DNA of 63,635 nt, counting the filler, from Platydemus manokwari (lineage: Eukaryota): the NCBI GenBank assembly GCA_037951405.1. It is 6 parts of 6 records of this genome, joined end to end, with 100 filler letters (N's around TTAATTAATTAA, not from the genome) between each part and the next. Parts side by side here need not be neighbours in the genome. Positions count along the whole stretch, not along the records: positions 51,941 to 63,635 come from JBBMOY010517775.1; 5 more parts are not named here. One strand, 5' to 3'. Of the stretch, positions 51,941 to 63,635 are shown piece after piece (the stretch's first letter is position 1; every line of letters begins with the position of its first letter). A program made the position numbers and the translations under genes. A model generated the notes under the pieces. That model did no database searches. It was given only the letters and a program-made list of their open reading frames with translations, and was not told the DNA's origin.

Positions 51941-54900
51941 TATATCTGATCGTTATCTACTTGTTAATATCTTATTATTTATATATTGAATTGTTCTCAA
52001 TTACACCCAACCTAATCGAGTCAAAGAGCAACTTAGCGTAACAGAAGTAAAATTAGCAAGTTGCACAATGTGGCAACCACGTACTTAATAGTATAAGATT
52101 AGCAACTTTAAATAATAAAACCACGAAGAAATAAAAATAAAGAAATTTTAATTTAAAGAAAAGAATATAAATAGTTAGAAACAAAATTAAAGGCTGCCAT
52201 TTACGATACTTTAAAAATCTCATAATTTCGATAATTAGATTCTTCCGTACTGAATTAATTAACCACATGCATCATGAAATAGGTTATTTAATCTCACTCT
52301 TAGATTATATTACTATTATATATCATCACTTGATTATTATTCTCATTATTTATTCAAGACAACAATAATTAAATTATTCATTACCAAGATCAAATTCGAA
52401 CAAGTCTAAAAATAATCGCGAATTCATGTAAGAATTAGAAACTAATTCGCAATGTTTGTTTTATAACAATGTTGGATTGTGGGTAGTAGATTGTCGTTTT
52501 TAATTTAAAAACTCATACTAGAAAATAATTACAATAATTCTTAATTACCAGAAAACCAAGTCATTTATCTTATTTATATTTGAACCACATTATAATCTTA
52601 AACTAATCTTATAATCTAAATTTATCTTTCTACCGAGACACGACACCGAACCACTAGGAAAAATTATGACTCTTTCTAACATTATAATAAGTAAAATCCC
52701 TTAAAATAATTAGGTCTATCAAAAAAGAACCGCAATAATAACAATTATAATTAATCAATTACCTATTGTTCCTACCTCGTTACTGGCCAAAAAATTAATC
52801 TTATTGTAATTCGTGTGCCAATAAATTAATTTTGCAGTTACTCATTTTAATTTGAAATTTGTGTATATTTTAAACATTATTTGTATTCAGAACCCGTAAT
52901 AACAATGATATCTCATTGATCGAATTTTATTATTGATCTATATTCTAACTCAATTTGATCATAATTATAAATACACCTTTTTGAGTCAAGCGTAGCTAAA
53001 CTAGATAACTTAAAAATAAAATTTAGAGATCCAATAGATTCATCAATAAATTGCGTAGAAAATTTATGTTGCGAAAGTGCTTTCAATGCCCCAAGCACCT
53101 ACTACAACATAACCACAAATGCAAGCACCTCGAATAATGAGAAGATAATACTGGACGAAAATGGAGAATGGGATGGAACGGTTTATCGTGGGGTTAAGCC
53201 CGAGAAAGTCGGTCGTAGCCAGCGTAAAGAAACAATAAAAACGGAACCGATGATCCCAGAAGACCGGGGAATAGAAAACTCAAGATGGTTGGGAATACAT
53301 AAGCGAGTGGATTTGGACGAGGAATATGACCTCGGATATCTCTAAAAACTTACATTATAACATTTTGTGATTATAAATTTGTCTATAATCATTGCTTTAT
53401 GATACTGTAATTTCTCTAATCTTTCCTTGAATGTATATTGTATTTAAAAGTATTTTGTAACGTATTTTGTTAAAAATAATATTTTAAAATTAATGAAAAT
53501 TTTTAATAAAAATAAACTCAACGTTAAAGAAAAATAAATCGGACAACAAAAATAATAAATAACGCGCCTAAAAATAATAATAAAAGCAAAAATAAAATTA
53601 ACTTATATAAAATTTTAGAATATGTTTCAGTGAGCTAATAATATATAGAAATTCCAAAATTAATTCATTGGAATTTCTAAGTCTAAAAATAATAGAATTT
53701 ATTAAATAAAATTAATAAAATAATTAGAATTAAATTTTTGGAAAAAATAAAATAATTTTAATTTCGAAGTGGGAAAATAAAAATATTTTAAATTTCTAAA
53801 GCAAATTTTCCACTTCTAAAATAGTATAAATAGGCACCAAAAAGCATTAATTTTCGGTCACAAATATCTTAACGATAAAACACAGAAATTTGAACGTAAT
53901 TCCGAAGACTGAAAACTGCCGACCACTATACTATTATCAAGAAGACGAATTCACAACCTCCAAAAGGCTCATAAGCTTTAACTCTAACATCATTGGCAAT
54001 ACTGGATTTTTTGCTTAAACGGAACAACTTCAAAGGTGCGACGCTTGAAGAAACTATGTTAAACATTTTAAAATCTATTTATTTTAAAATCATTATCTAT
54101 AGGTCGTTTCGTTAAATTCGAATCGGCCACTCACATACCATAAATTGTACGAGTTAAAATCGTGTTTGTTGAAAAATAATTAAAGTGCTTGTTGATCCGG
54201 TTTATTAATAATCATTTATTGTAATTTATTTGGAAAATTTGTAATTGTGTTGATTTTCAATAGCGGACTATTTTTACAAAAGTGTGTTTAGTTTTGATTT
54301 ATTATTTGGAAATTGTTTTTTGAATTCATATAGTTGTAATCCTGAATCAAAAGTATAGTTTTTACATAGTTATTTAATAACAGACTGATAATCTAGAGAG
54401 TTGATTTGAATTTAAATCAGATCAACTTTAAAGTACTCAGTTGTGTTGGGAACACTAACCTATAAGACCCAAAACCCAACAGCTATATTAAAATCAACTA
54501 TGATTGCCACATAACTTTCAAGCTTTTCTAATCCATCGTATAATCACACACATGAACATAAAATTTAAATCTCCTTGAAAACAAAGTAAACTTCGTTAAA
54601 ACCAATCAAACAAAGACTACCAGCACATAAAGTCAATATTTTGGTATAAATAAAAAAGATAAAATCAAAATTGGTATTACGAACATAAATATAGCTGTAA
54701 CTTTAATAAAAATTTTAAAAGATTGTATGTCGCGCAAAAAATTTAATCGAAATAGGAACAAAAGAATTTCAAATATCGCGAATAGTTTGGAATTTCTAAA
54801 GCAAAATTTAGTTGATATTGACCACATGGAAAACTGTCAGAATAACAAGTTACATAGACAGGTTAATAAAACTTGAAAATATAACTAAATTGCCTAGAGA

Positions 54901-54959
54901 GTATGAAAAGACCATAAAAAAGCATTTCGATAGATAGAGGTAAACAGTTTGAATGAAAT

Positions 54960-55330
54960 TAGTGCTAAAAAGATGTACAAGATATGTCATTCATTTGGAT
55001 GTTAGGTATCTTTATCATCGAATTGGCATAACAAGTCATTCATATAAATACGTTAAAGGTGACATGCTGTAAGCGTAACTGGTTTGAACTCTTACAAATA
55101 ATTGAATTTTTGATCAACGCTACTCGGCCAAATTTGACAAAATTATCGTCTTTTTAAGTGGTTTATGAACGCAAGCTTAGTCTTATATTGAAGAAAAATA
55201 TTATTAGCCAGTTTTCAATGTCTAAACTCGACTTTCCGTGCTAACCTCTCTGCCTTAATTAATTCCGAATATCATTTAGTCTCCTAAGACGGCACATATA
55301 TCTATCAGTATGCCAGATTTCGAAGAAAAT
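54960..55330 (+). mobile_element. Penelope-like element 3' relic (GIY-YIG endonuclease plus degenerate hammerhead-like motif)
   Basis: MYKICH..GC...IGITS...KIR*R*H (cf. VYKIxC..C...YIGxT.R....R..EH), then ERKLSLIL....PVFNV*T (cf. KPxLNxQ). Followed by CCT-AAGAC GGCA...TGCC AGATTTCG at ~55282-55322. Confidence 0.5.
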
Positions 55331-58300
55331 ATCTTTCTTCTGAGAAACTATGCGTTAGTAATTATCGATTCGGATGAGAGCGTTTTAAAAGTAAAATCAT
55401 ATTCGCAACTCTCTCATGGATCAGGATGAAACTCCAGTAGAAGAAAATGCAAACACCTACACCCGTATTATACTTATCTCACCACTCGAGAAGACATATT
55501 AAATAGACAGTTCTTCATTGGAAAGAATTTGTCTTAATCGAAATCCATGTGAGTCGTTGCTACTAGAATTATAAACTATAAATCTCAGACAGTAAGGATA
55601 TCGATAAAATGATATGCGCTACAACCATATTGGTCTACACAGGAAATTTAATAATCAAAACCAAAATTACTTCCGGCATTAGATACGTCATCGGAGAAAT
55701 AATAACATTTTAAATGGTTGGAATTAATTATTTGAAAAATCATTTAACATCCTAGAAATCTAAAAAACAAATGGAAAGCGAACGGCAAGACCATCTACCA
55801 CTTCAAGATGACATATATCCATGCGAAGAACACTTACAACAATTAGAACTTCCTAAAAAATAATACGAAAATAACCCAGAAACCAGATTCAAATTCGATA
55901 ATGGCAAAATGTACAATGACTATGCATTAATATCCATAGCAGCATATCTCAAAGTAGACAGTCATACAAGCGAAGAAAACAACGAGTCCGATGATGACTA
56001 CATGTCCATCCTAGACAAAGACAAATCTGAAGAAGCATCCATATATCCAGTCCTACCAAAAGTGATTCCACCTTGGTATTCCTATATGACGGACAGCGGC
56101 TTTTTACAGCCATTCAGTTTACTAAATCTGGAACAGGCGAATAATTTCTTAAAAGAAGTGAAAACCCTCCTATGAGCCAAGTGAACAGCTAAAAATATCG
56201 TTTGTACAAAACAATTAGCATTACATATTGCTTATCTCATATCGATTTATTGGTCAATGCGATTATGAACTCTGTTTAGAAATCAATATTCTGTGTCTAC
56301 ACTAATTTTACTATACACTGGAAGTGAAATTTCATTGAGAAAGAATTTTTATTAAATTAAAAACCATTATTGTTTCATCTGTAATCTTCTATACATAATA
56401 TATATGTAATAATTCACCCAGGTGAATGGAATAAATTTTTAATTTATTCTTGTTTAATTTTGATCTAATATTTATCAAGAATTGCATAACCTTTATTTTA
56501 ACCATATTATTTTCAATGTTTAATTTTAATACATTACTGGCTTGAATTCAGTTAAATAATCAATTAATTATTAAATTCAATCGTAAAATCAATTTTCAAA
56601 TTGTGATCGCTAGAACATTATTCCAAACTATCAGTAACGCAAAAATAACAATTATAGCTCATATGACTAAAGATACAGGAGAAACCCTTAATTATTTATG
56701 CAAATCAATGGATTGTTCGATAATCAACCAATTTATTATTTAAAAGATACCCTGATTGTTTGCTGCTATTTATTCTTTCTTTGAAATATTATTTATTTAT
56801 TTAATTTATTTATAATTAAAGGTACTTTGTTTATATAAATTAATCACATCTATTGGAAGAAGATTTTAATAAAATTAGCATTTTTTTAATCGAAATATTA
56901 CCAATAAATTCTAAATTGTGTCAAATCATAAGTCATTATTACTCTTAATTCTGTAAAATCGGTGCCAATGTACAATGATAGTTTCACTAATAAAATTCAT
57001 GATTCGACAGAAATTCATTTTGTATCATATTTATCAAGGCAAAAACAGTAAAATTATCATATAAGATATTCCATGATCTATTTAATCATAATTATTCAAA
57101 TTAATTATGCATTCGGGTAAATTTTATCACGTAGACACGACTGTTCTAGTGAACTTTGCATGAAGTGAAACTAAAATATCTAAGAAACCTTATAATCATA
57201 TCTTTCTCTTAGTTTTGGAAAACCAGAGGATGCACAGTCCATTAAAGGATACGCTCTTCATTGCGTATTAATCTTGTGCTGCACAAGAAAACATCAAGTT
57301 AATTTTGTAAGGAATCCATTTTGAATCCTGACGAAGTGTGGAATAATACTGCTGTTTAAATAAAAGTAATCTGGAATACTTGGAAGAAATACGAAAATAT
57401 TTGTGATTAAATCTGATCAGTGAAAATCAATGGCCCTAAAATAATTATGTAATCATTATGATGAAATATATCGAATATGTCGAAATGTTGTGAGCATGGA
57501 AAATGTGCGATCAGGTTTTCGATATTTTAATAATACTTCCTTATGGTTTACCGAAGCTTATTCTTTATCAATTATAAAGAGTTTTGGGTTGAAATCTTGA
57601 AAGTTAACCACAAACAACATACACAAACTTCTGACTATAAATTACCAAGAAAATTTGCCTATTTTCAGTTGAAGCTAACTGAATAGTGAAATGTTTTTGT
57701 TTTTTATGTTAACACTGAATAGCGTTATTTAGAGTCAATAAACGTTTTAATCGCAACCTCGGTTTTAGAAATGATATATAAAAAATTAATATTATTGGTA
57801 GTAGACATAAAATTACTACTAGACGATACATTTTTTTAGTGAATTGGAGAGTGCAATAAAATATATTAGCATAAATATCGAATAAATTAAAAAGAAAAAT
57901 CAAGTGGAATACTCCGATGCTCATGAATTTAGGAAGGAATACCAACAAGACTAAATTCTAAACACGAGGAAACAATAATTCACATAAAATTTCATGGACA
58001 CAAGAAAATAATAAAAAATATTATTTTGTAAAGACAAAGATAATATGTCCCAAAAAGATAAATAATAAAATAATATAAAACAAAACACAAATTAAGTCAC
58101 ATAATTTACATAGCGGACACGGACAATTTTAGAAACAAGTTACTAAACAAAAAACTGTAAAATTTTGTCACCAAATCATGGTAAATTCAAAGATTTCTAT
58201 TACATAGTTTAACATATTTTGATAAAAAGTGCATTAGTATTATTCAAAATTTTGTAAGAATACAAAAATAAACAATGGCGTTTAAAATATCAACTAGATA

Positions 58301-61300
58301 CAATAAGTAAAATATCATTTAAATGTTATCTAATATAGTCATTTAATATAGCCCAACTTCAAATGGTAGGCAGTACAAATTTTCTATGCAGATTTTGAAT
58401 ACTTGACGCAAATGACTTAATAGAATGTGGCAAAATAAGATAAAAAGTTAGACATGATAAAGTAAGTACTTAAAGATAACGATTGTCGCAATGGATTCAT
58501 TAAATGACAATAAATGACCTCGACGCTCCATAAAAATAACTACTATAAATATAGCTGACAAAGCCAGAAAAATGACAAGAAAAAAGAAAATTTGAATTTT
58601 CAAACTGTGTAATTTTAAATTTAATTATAATGTAATTATACATATTAATTTTGATAATGCCAACCTAAAATATTTGTGCAAAGAGAAATTAACAGCAAGG
58701 ATTAGTTACTTCCAACTTTACATAAAAACCTTTGTAAACAAGTTATCCGCACCTCTCTGGAAATAACTCCATAAACAGCCTCTTGCTTTTTGACTAGAGC
58801 CGGTACAATAAACCTCGACGCTAGTATTTATCCTAGGGAAAATACAGCTTGAACTAGAAAATTGATTTTTGTAATTGTATATCTTGCTAATTATTTTTAA
58901 ATAACCATTGTATTATTTATAAAGCTTCATTCTTATTTTTCACTTTATTTGTAGTACTTATTTGGGAACTAAGAATTTGAGAGGAATATAATTACTGGTA
59001 AGAATATGGCCATAATCTGATTAAACTTCACATTAAATAGGAATTAACCCCCATGATTCCCCTATGTTTAGAGTTAGATTTATTAGGTTGAAATGAGTTT
59101 GTTATTACCGTCATTGTTTTCTTCGTTAATATTTTATAAAATTTGTCAATGAATTTTAATTAATTCTGTGCATATTTTAATTTAGAACTTTTCAAACTAC
59201 CACATTATTTTGTATTGCAGTAAGTTAATTTATTATGTATTTTAAGCAGAATTATTAAGAAACCTATTTACTTTTAATATGCCGAAGTTCACGAAAATTA
59301 AATAAGACGTTTACACAAATAAAATACTTTACCTTTAATAATTAAAACATAAATAATAAATATAAATGTCCAATAATATAACCATAACTTTTTAAAACCA
59401 AATACCAATTTAGTAAAGTGATAAGATAACCTTTAAAAATAAAAATTATTTTTTATTTATGACATTTATTGCAATGGCGCTAGTAAATAGATATAAATAC
59501 AAAGGCTATCAGATGAAGATTGCCAATAGTAAAATCTCAACGAGATAAACAAAGAGGTTATTAAAAGCAACAAAACTTAATAATTCTTTCTTTATTGTTT
59601 GACGGAATGAAGTTTATCCCAAACTTTCCAAGTTAAACGTTCGAATATCAATCAGAACGTAATAAAATAAAATAAAATTACTGGTCTAAACTTAACTCAA
59701 TTGACAATTTTTCTTTCCAGTTTAAACTAACTGAAATTATTGATTTTTTCCAAATTAATGGGAATCATTTTAAAATCGTGCTGAAAATGTAAAAACGCAG
59801 TTAAAAAATAGACACGACTGAGGAAGCAGTTTTTAAGATATAGGCAAACTGACTCCTCAATTGAATTAAAATAAGTTTGGAAACGATGAATCGTATATTA
59901 TACTTAATATGTGACCATTTAATTAAACATTGATAATTAAAATAAGATAATTAAATTAAAATCAATAATTACAAAATTAAATATTCCAAAAATAGAAGGA
60001 TTTTGTAATTTAATAATTTCAATTACTTAACTTACTAAATCAAAAAGTCTAATAATTGTTCAATTCAATCTTTCCGAGGACTAAGCTATTGATTCAAAAA
60101 CAATAAAAAATTAGCCAACATGAGAACATAATATTTTAAAGTAAGTTGATTGGAAATATTCAATAAATTATAAAATTATTATCATTTTAAATTTAAAAAA
60201 ATGCGATTTATAAATCTTGTACAATTTACAGTTATGTAAAATCGAAGGGGTAAATCCTAAATATTTATTTTAAGAATTCATGTAATATTATTTGATTTAT
60301 AATTTGTTTATGAACTTCAGTAAAAATCTGAATATTGAATATTAATTTATATTTTGTTAAGGTTGTAAATCAATATTTTTTGGAATTTTGAGAACCTATA
60401 AAGAAACCTTTACAACAACGAGCACATCAAAAAGTTTGTGGATCAATTATTCAAATGCAAAGACGGCAAATTATCAAAGGAAAACATGATCAGGTTGACA
60501 CAAAGACCATCTAGAATTAATACGCAAAACTCATCTACAGAATCTGAAATTGATAATTATTAATAAGAATATCACACAACTTACAGAATTATATGATCTT
60601 GTTCCAATTTAATATCATTAATTGATATTCTACCTTCGAATACCTCCTAATCGCCTACTATTTGTATTGGCTCCTTTATTATTTATTATTTGTTTCTATA
60701 TTCATTATTTGTCATCACTTTACTTCCAGAAGTATTCACTTAATTTTTATTTAATGAAAATAAATCACATTGATGTAGGAAAAAAACGTAGGAACAAAAG
60801 AAGAAAGACCAGCTGAAACCAAAATAAACCCAATCTAGAAACCGCACTGTCCACAATTGCCCCAATAACCTTCACAGACAGCGAACCACAACCATGCACA
60901 AGCCGCCAAGCATAGGCTCCTCAAACGCACAAAAATAACCAAATACCGCCTTCAAACACACCACTATTCCACCAACCAACACCCTCAAAGCGAAAGAATC
61001 TGGCACCGACAAGGAGAACATGCTTGAACCTAGGAACCGATTCTGTCGATTCTTAGCTTCCAAATATGGATTAATATTAGAACAAATCTGGATGACGGCG
61101 CATGTGCTTATCGGATTTATGTGACAACCCAACATAACAATAACAGAAACTATTGCCAAATACAATTCTAATTTATCTGTATATTCGTATATATACAGAT
61201 TTGTAAGCTCTTGTCATTAGTAAAATTAAAGATTTTAGGATACCAAGATTATTAATTCTTTTGTTATAATAATTACATTACAGAAAACCTCTGAACCATG

Positions 61301-63635
61301 AGAACCTATTGTGATTGCATATTAATTCCATTTTAGCAAAGGCGTTACTAAATTAAAGTTTTATATTTAAAAATTAATTTATGAATCTTTAAGTTGACAA
61401 TGAGAATAATTAAAATAAATATTAGCAAAAATATTGGTTTAAAAAGATATTATAAATCAAGTTTTTAAAACAGCAAACAAAGGTCCAATTCACAATACAA
61501 GCTTATACCCAAAAGAACTAATTTTACAGAATAAAAATGAAGTCAAAAACACAAAAATTCAAATAAAAAAATATCAAGATACAAAAATTTACGCGGTGTA
61601 ACGTAAATAATGCATTTGTTCAAGTTAGCAGAAATAAAAAGCATTCATTTTAAAAATTAAAGAATTTTAATGCAAACTTTTCAAATTCATTTCACATTAC
61701 TCAAATCAACTTGAACGACAACTTGAACAATATTTCCTAAAACATTTGTAGGTAAGCAATAATCAGGACATAAAAAATATTTAAGCAAGATAATAAAATT
61801 CAATAACTGAAATCAAATAAACATTATACAAAAATTGTGTTACTGGGTTGTCTTAAATATTGAATTGGATTAGTACTTTACTCAATCTTTAATCAATTAA
61901 ATTTTACAAACTAGGTTATGATGGCAATAACCTTTCTTGTTCAAATTCATAAAGTTCATATTTTTGAAAAAATAGTTTTGGTATATTTGCTAAATTTGAA
62001 TATCAAAATAATGAATAAAATAAATAGGAAGTAAAAGATAAGTCACCAAAGAGAGAATTAATTAACAATCATAATATTTATTTAAAACTCTATTTCAAAA
62101 ATGTTGTCAAATATTATTAATTTCACCATGTATCGCTAGTTGAAAATACATACTAAATGACTCAGATATAAAAAACAAAATTTTAAAATGTTAAACTTTT
62201 AAGTATAAATATTAAAATTTAAAATATCCATGACATAAAGAACAAATGAAGTTCTAAATAAGAAAATTTTTTTTTAAAAATGAATTAAAGCATTATTTTA
62301 ACATAAAGGACAAAGAAACAAACCTATGACAGACCATTTTAGGTAAAAATTCTATTGTGGACAGCAAAAATCAAAATCCCAAGCTGAAAACTTTGAAAAT
62401 TTCAACAAATTTAGAGCAGTTTTGTCATACACTTACTAGAAAGCTGGCAAAGATCTGAACTCCCAAACGTAAAAAAAAACATACCGCGATCTTAACACCT
62501 AAATACAACTCAACTCAGTCTCTTGCTCAAATCCCATTCCGCCAAACTCATCCAAAATCTCATAATGCAATTCAAAATATCAGCTGTAGAAAGATATGTG
62601 ATGACTCTAATTCAATGATTTATCGACACGTTGCAGCATTAAATCGTGAATTATATGAAAAAAATTAAAATTTTCAGTTACAGTGGATATGTGGTACTCA
62701 TCAAATTCTCGAAGCCTTAATAATGTATTACTAAAGTGCATTATTCTTCAATAAACATTCGAACTGCTTACAAACTGGTCACTAATCCCTTTGCACATCA
62801 TCCAACCGCATGCAAAGCACAGAGCTTTGCCTATCATGACTCCAGTAGTGAACAAACCTTGATTCACAGATAAAGATAGTAAAAATTTTACCAATTATTT
62901 ATTTAAATTTAATGCAAAAAAATCGTTATATATGATTTAAGTTAATTATTTCAATTTTTGTGATAAGGATAGGAGTTTCGCCTCTGTCATTCATGACTCA
63001 GAACTTCGAAAACGGATCCCGGAGATAGACTATATCTACAACTATGTCTTAGCACATCTTCAATTTCACCATCATCCAAAGCACCTATCATTTTACTTTA
63101 ATTTAAAATAGTTTCACCTAACAAGCCTACAATAAGAATATTATTTATATTCATTCCGGCATGCTCTTACCATGGAAAACAAAACATGATTGTCCTGAAA
63201 TACATTCATTAATTAATTTTCATCGTCGTTTTCTTTTTTTAATGTCATGATAAAATGTATTACCAGAATTGTTAGTTCAAATTGTAATAAACGATAGACT
63301 ATCATTACCATTATAATTTGAGAATTGTCAGTTTATCCTTTATATATTTATTTATTGACTTATTTGGAATCTTTTCGTAGCCGATAGATTAAGGTATATC
63401 TCTATCAAATATTCAGTAGTCAATTTCTGGTTGACAGGACTTTGTTCATTATTCAACTCATTATTCATTTATTTTTTATTTTTATTGTGATTGCTAAGTT
63501 GTATTATCTGATTTTATTTGTATAACTTTATATATTAATAACTCTATTATATACATAAACTAGCCCTAACACTATATAATTGGTAGCTGATAAATTTTAG
63601 CAAAAATTGACAAGGAATGATTACGAAATCTTTAC

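Noticed and set aside
55909-56175. 88-aa acidic ORF, and the Pro/Thr-rich frame at 60780-61200
   Set aside because: Embedded in broken reading frames of probable retroelement internal sequence, with no identifiable domain.
1-63635. tRNA, rRNA, snRNA or spliced-leader RNA genes
   Set aside because: No cloverleaf or other recognisable RNA-gene signature was seen by eye. An Infernal/tRNAscan-SE scan is needed to exclude them formally.

Overview
Very AT-rich eukaryotic (metazoan) genomic DNA. Composition, short (~40-50 nt) introns and repeat content suggest a planarian-type flatworm, which is an inference. The window is six ~9-12 kb contigs joined by artificial 100-nt linkers (N44-TTAATTAATTAA-N44), so adjacency across linkers means nothing. 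Host genes supported by the sequence: SWI5 (single-exon ORF), a smoothelin-like gene with two smoothelin repeats and a C-terminal CH domain, a multi-C2H2 zinc-finger gene carrying a duplicated ~100-aa atypical finger module, IQCG/DRC9 (complete 6-exon model, 391 aa), and the 3' exons of an unidentified coiled-coil gene. The rest is decayed mobile DNA: Gypsy, BEL/Pao, mariner, Penelope-like, RTE-like and several LTR families. Highlights: (1) contig 1 holds a fossil DNA-virus/Polinton-like cluster that the ORF track misses: a Maverick-type PolB, an intronless deoxynucleoside kinase, a possible D5-like helicase fragment and a 48-bp foldback; (2) a pair of frame-enforced mutually exclusive exons swaps the first helix of the smoothelin CH domain; (3) an LTR family has a non-canonical TGGAGTCA primer-binding-like motif, and one copy has clustered RFX X-box-like sites; (4) a second repeat family has a conserved hairpin and a 12-bp palindrome. 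All family assignments come from manual motif recognition; no database search was run.
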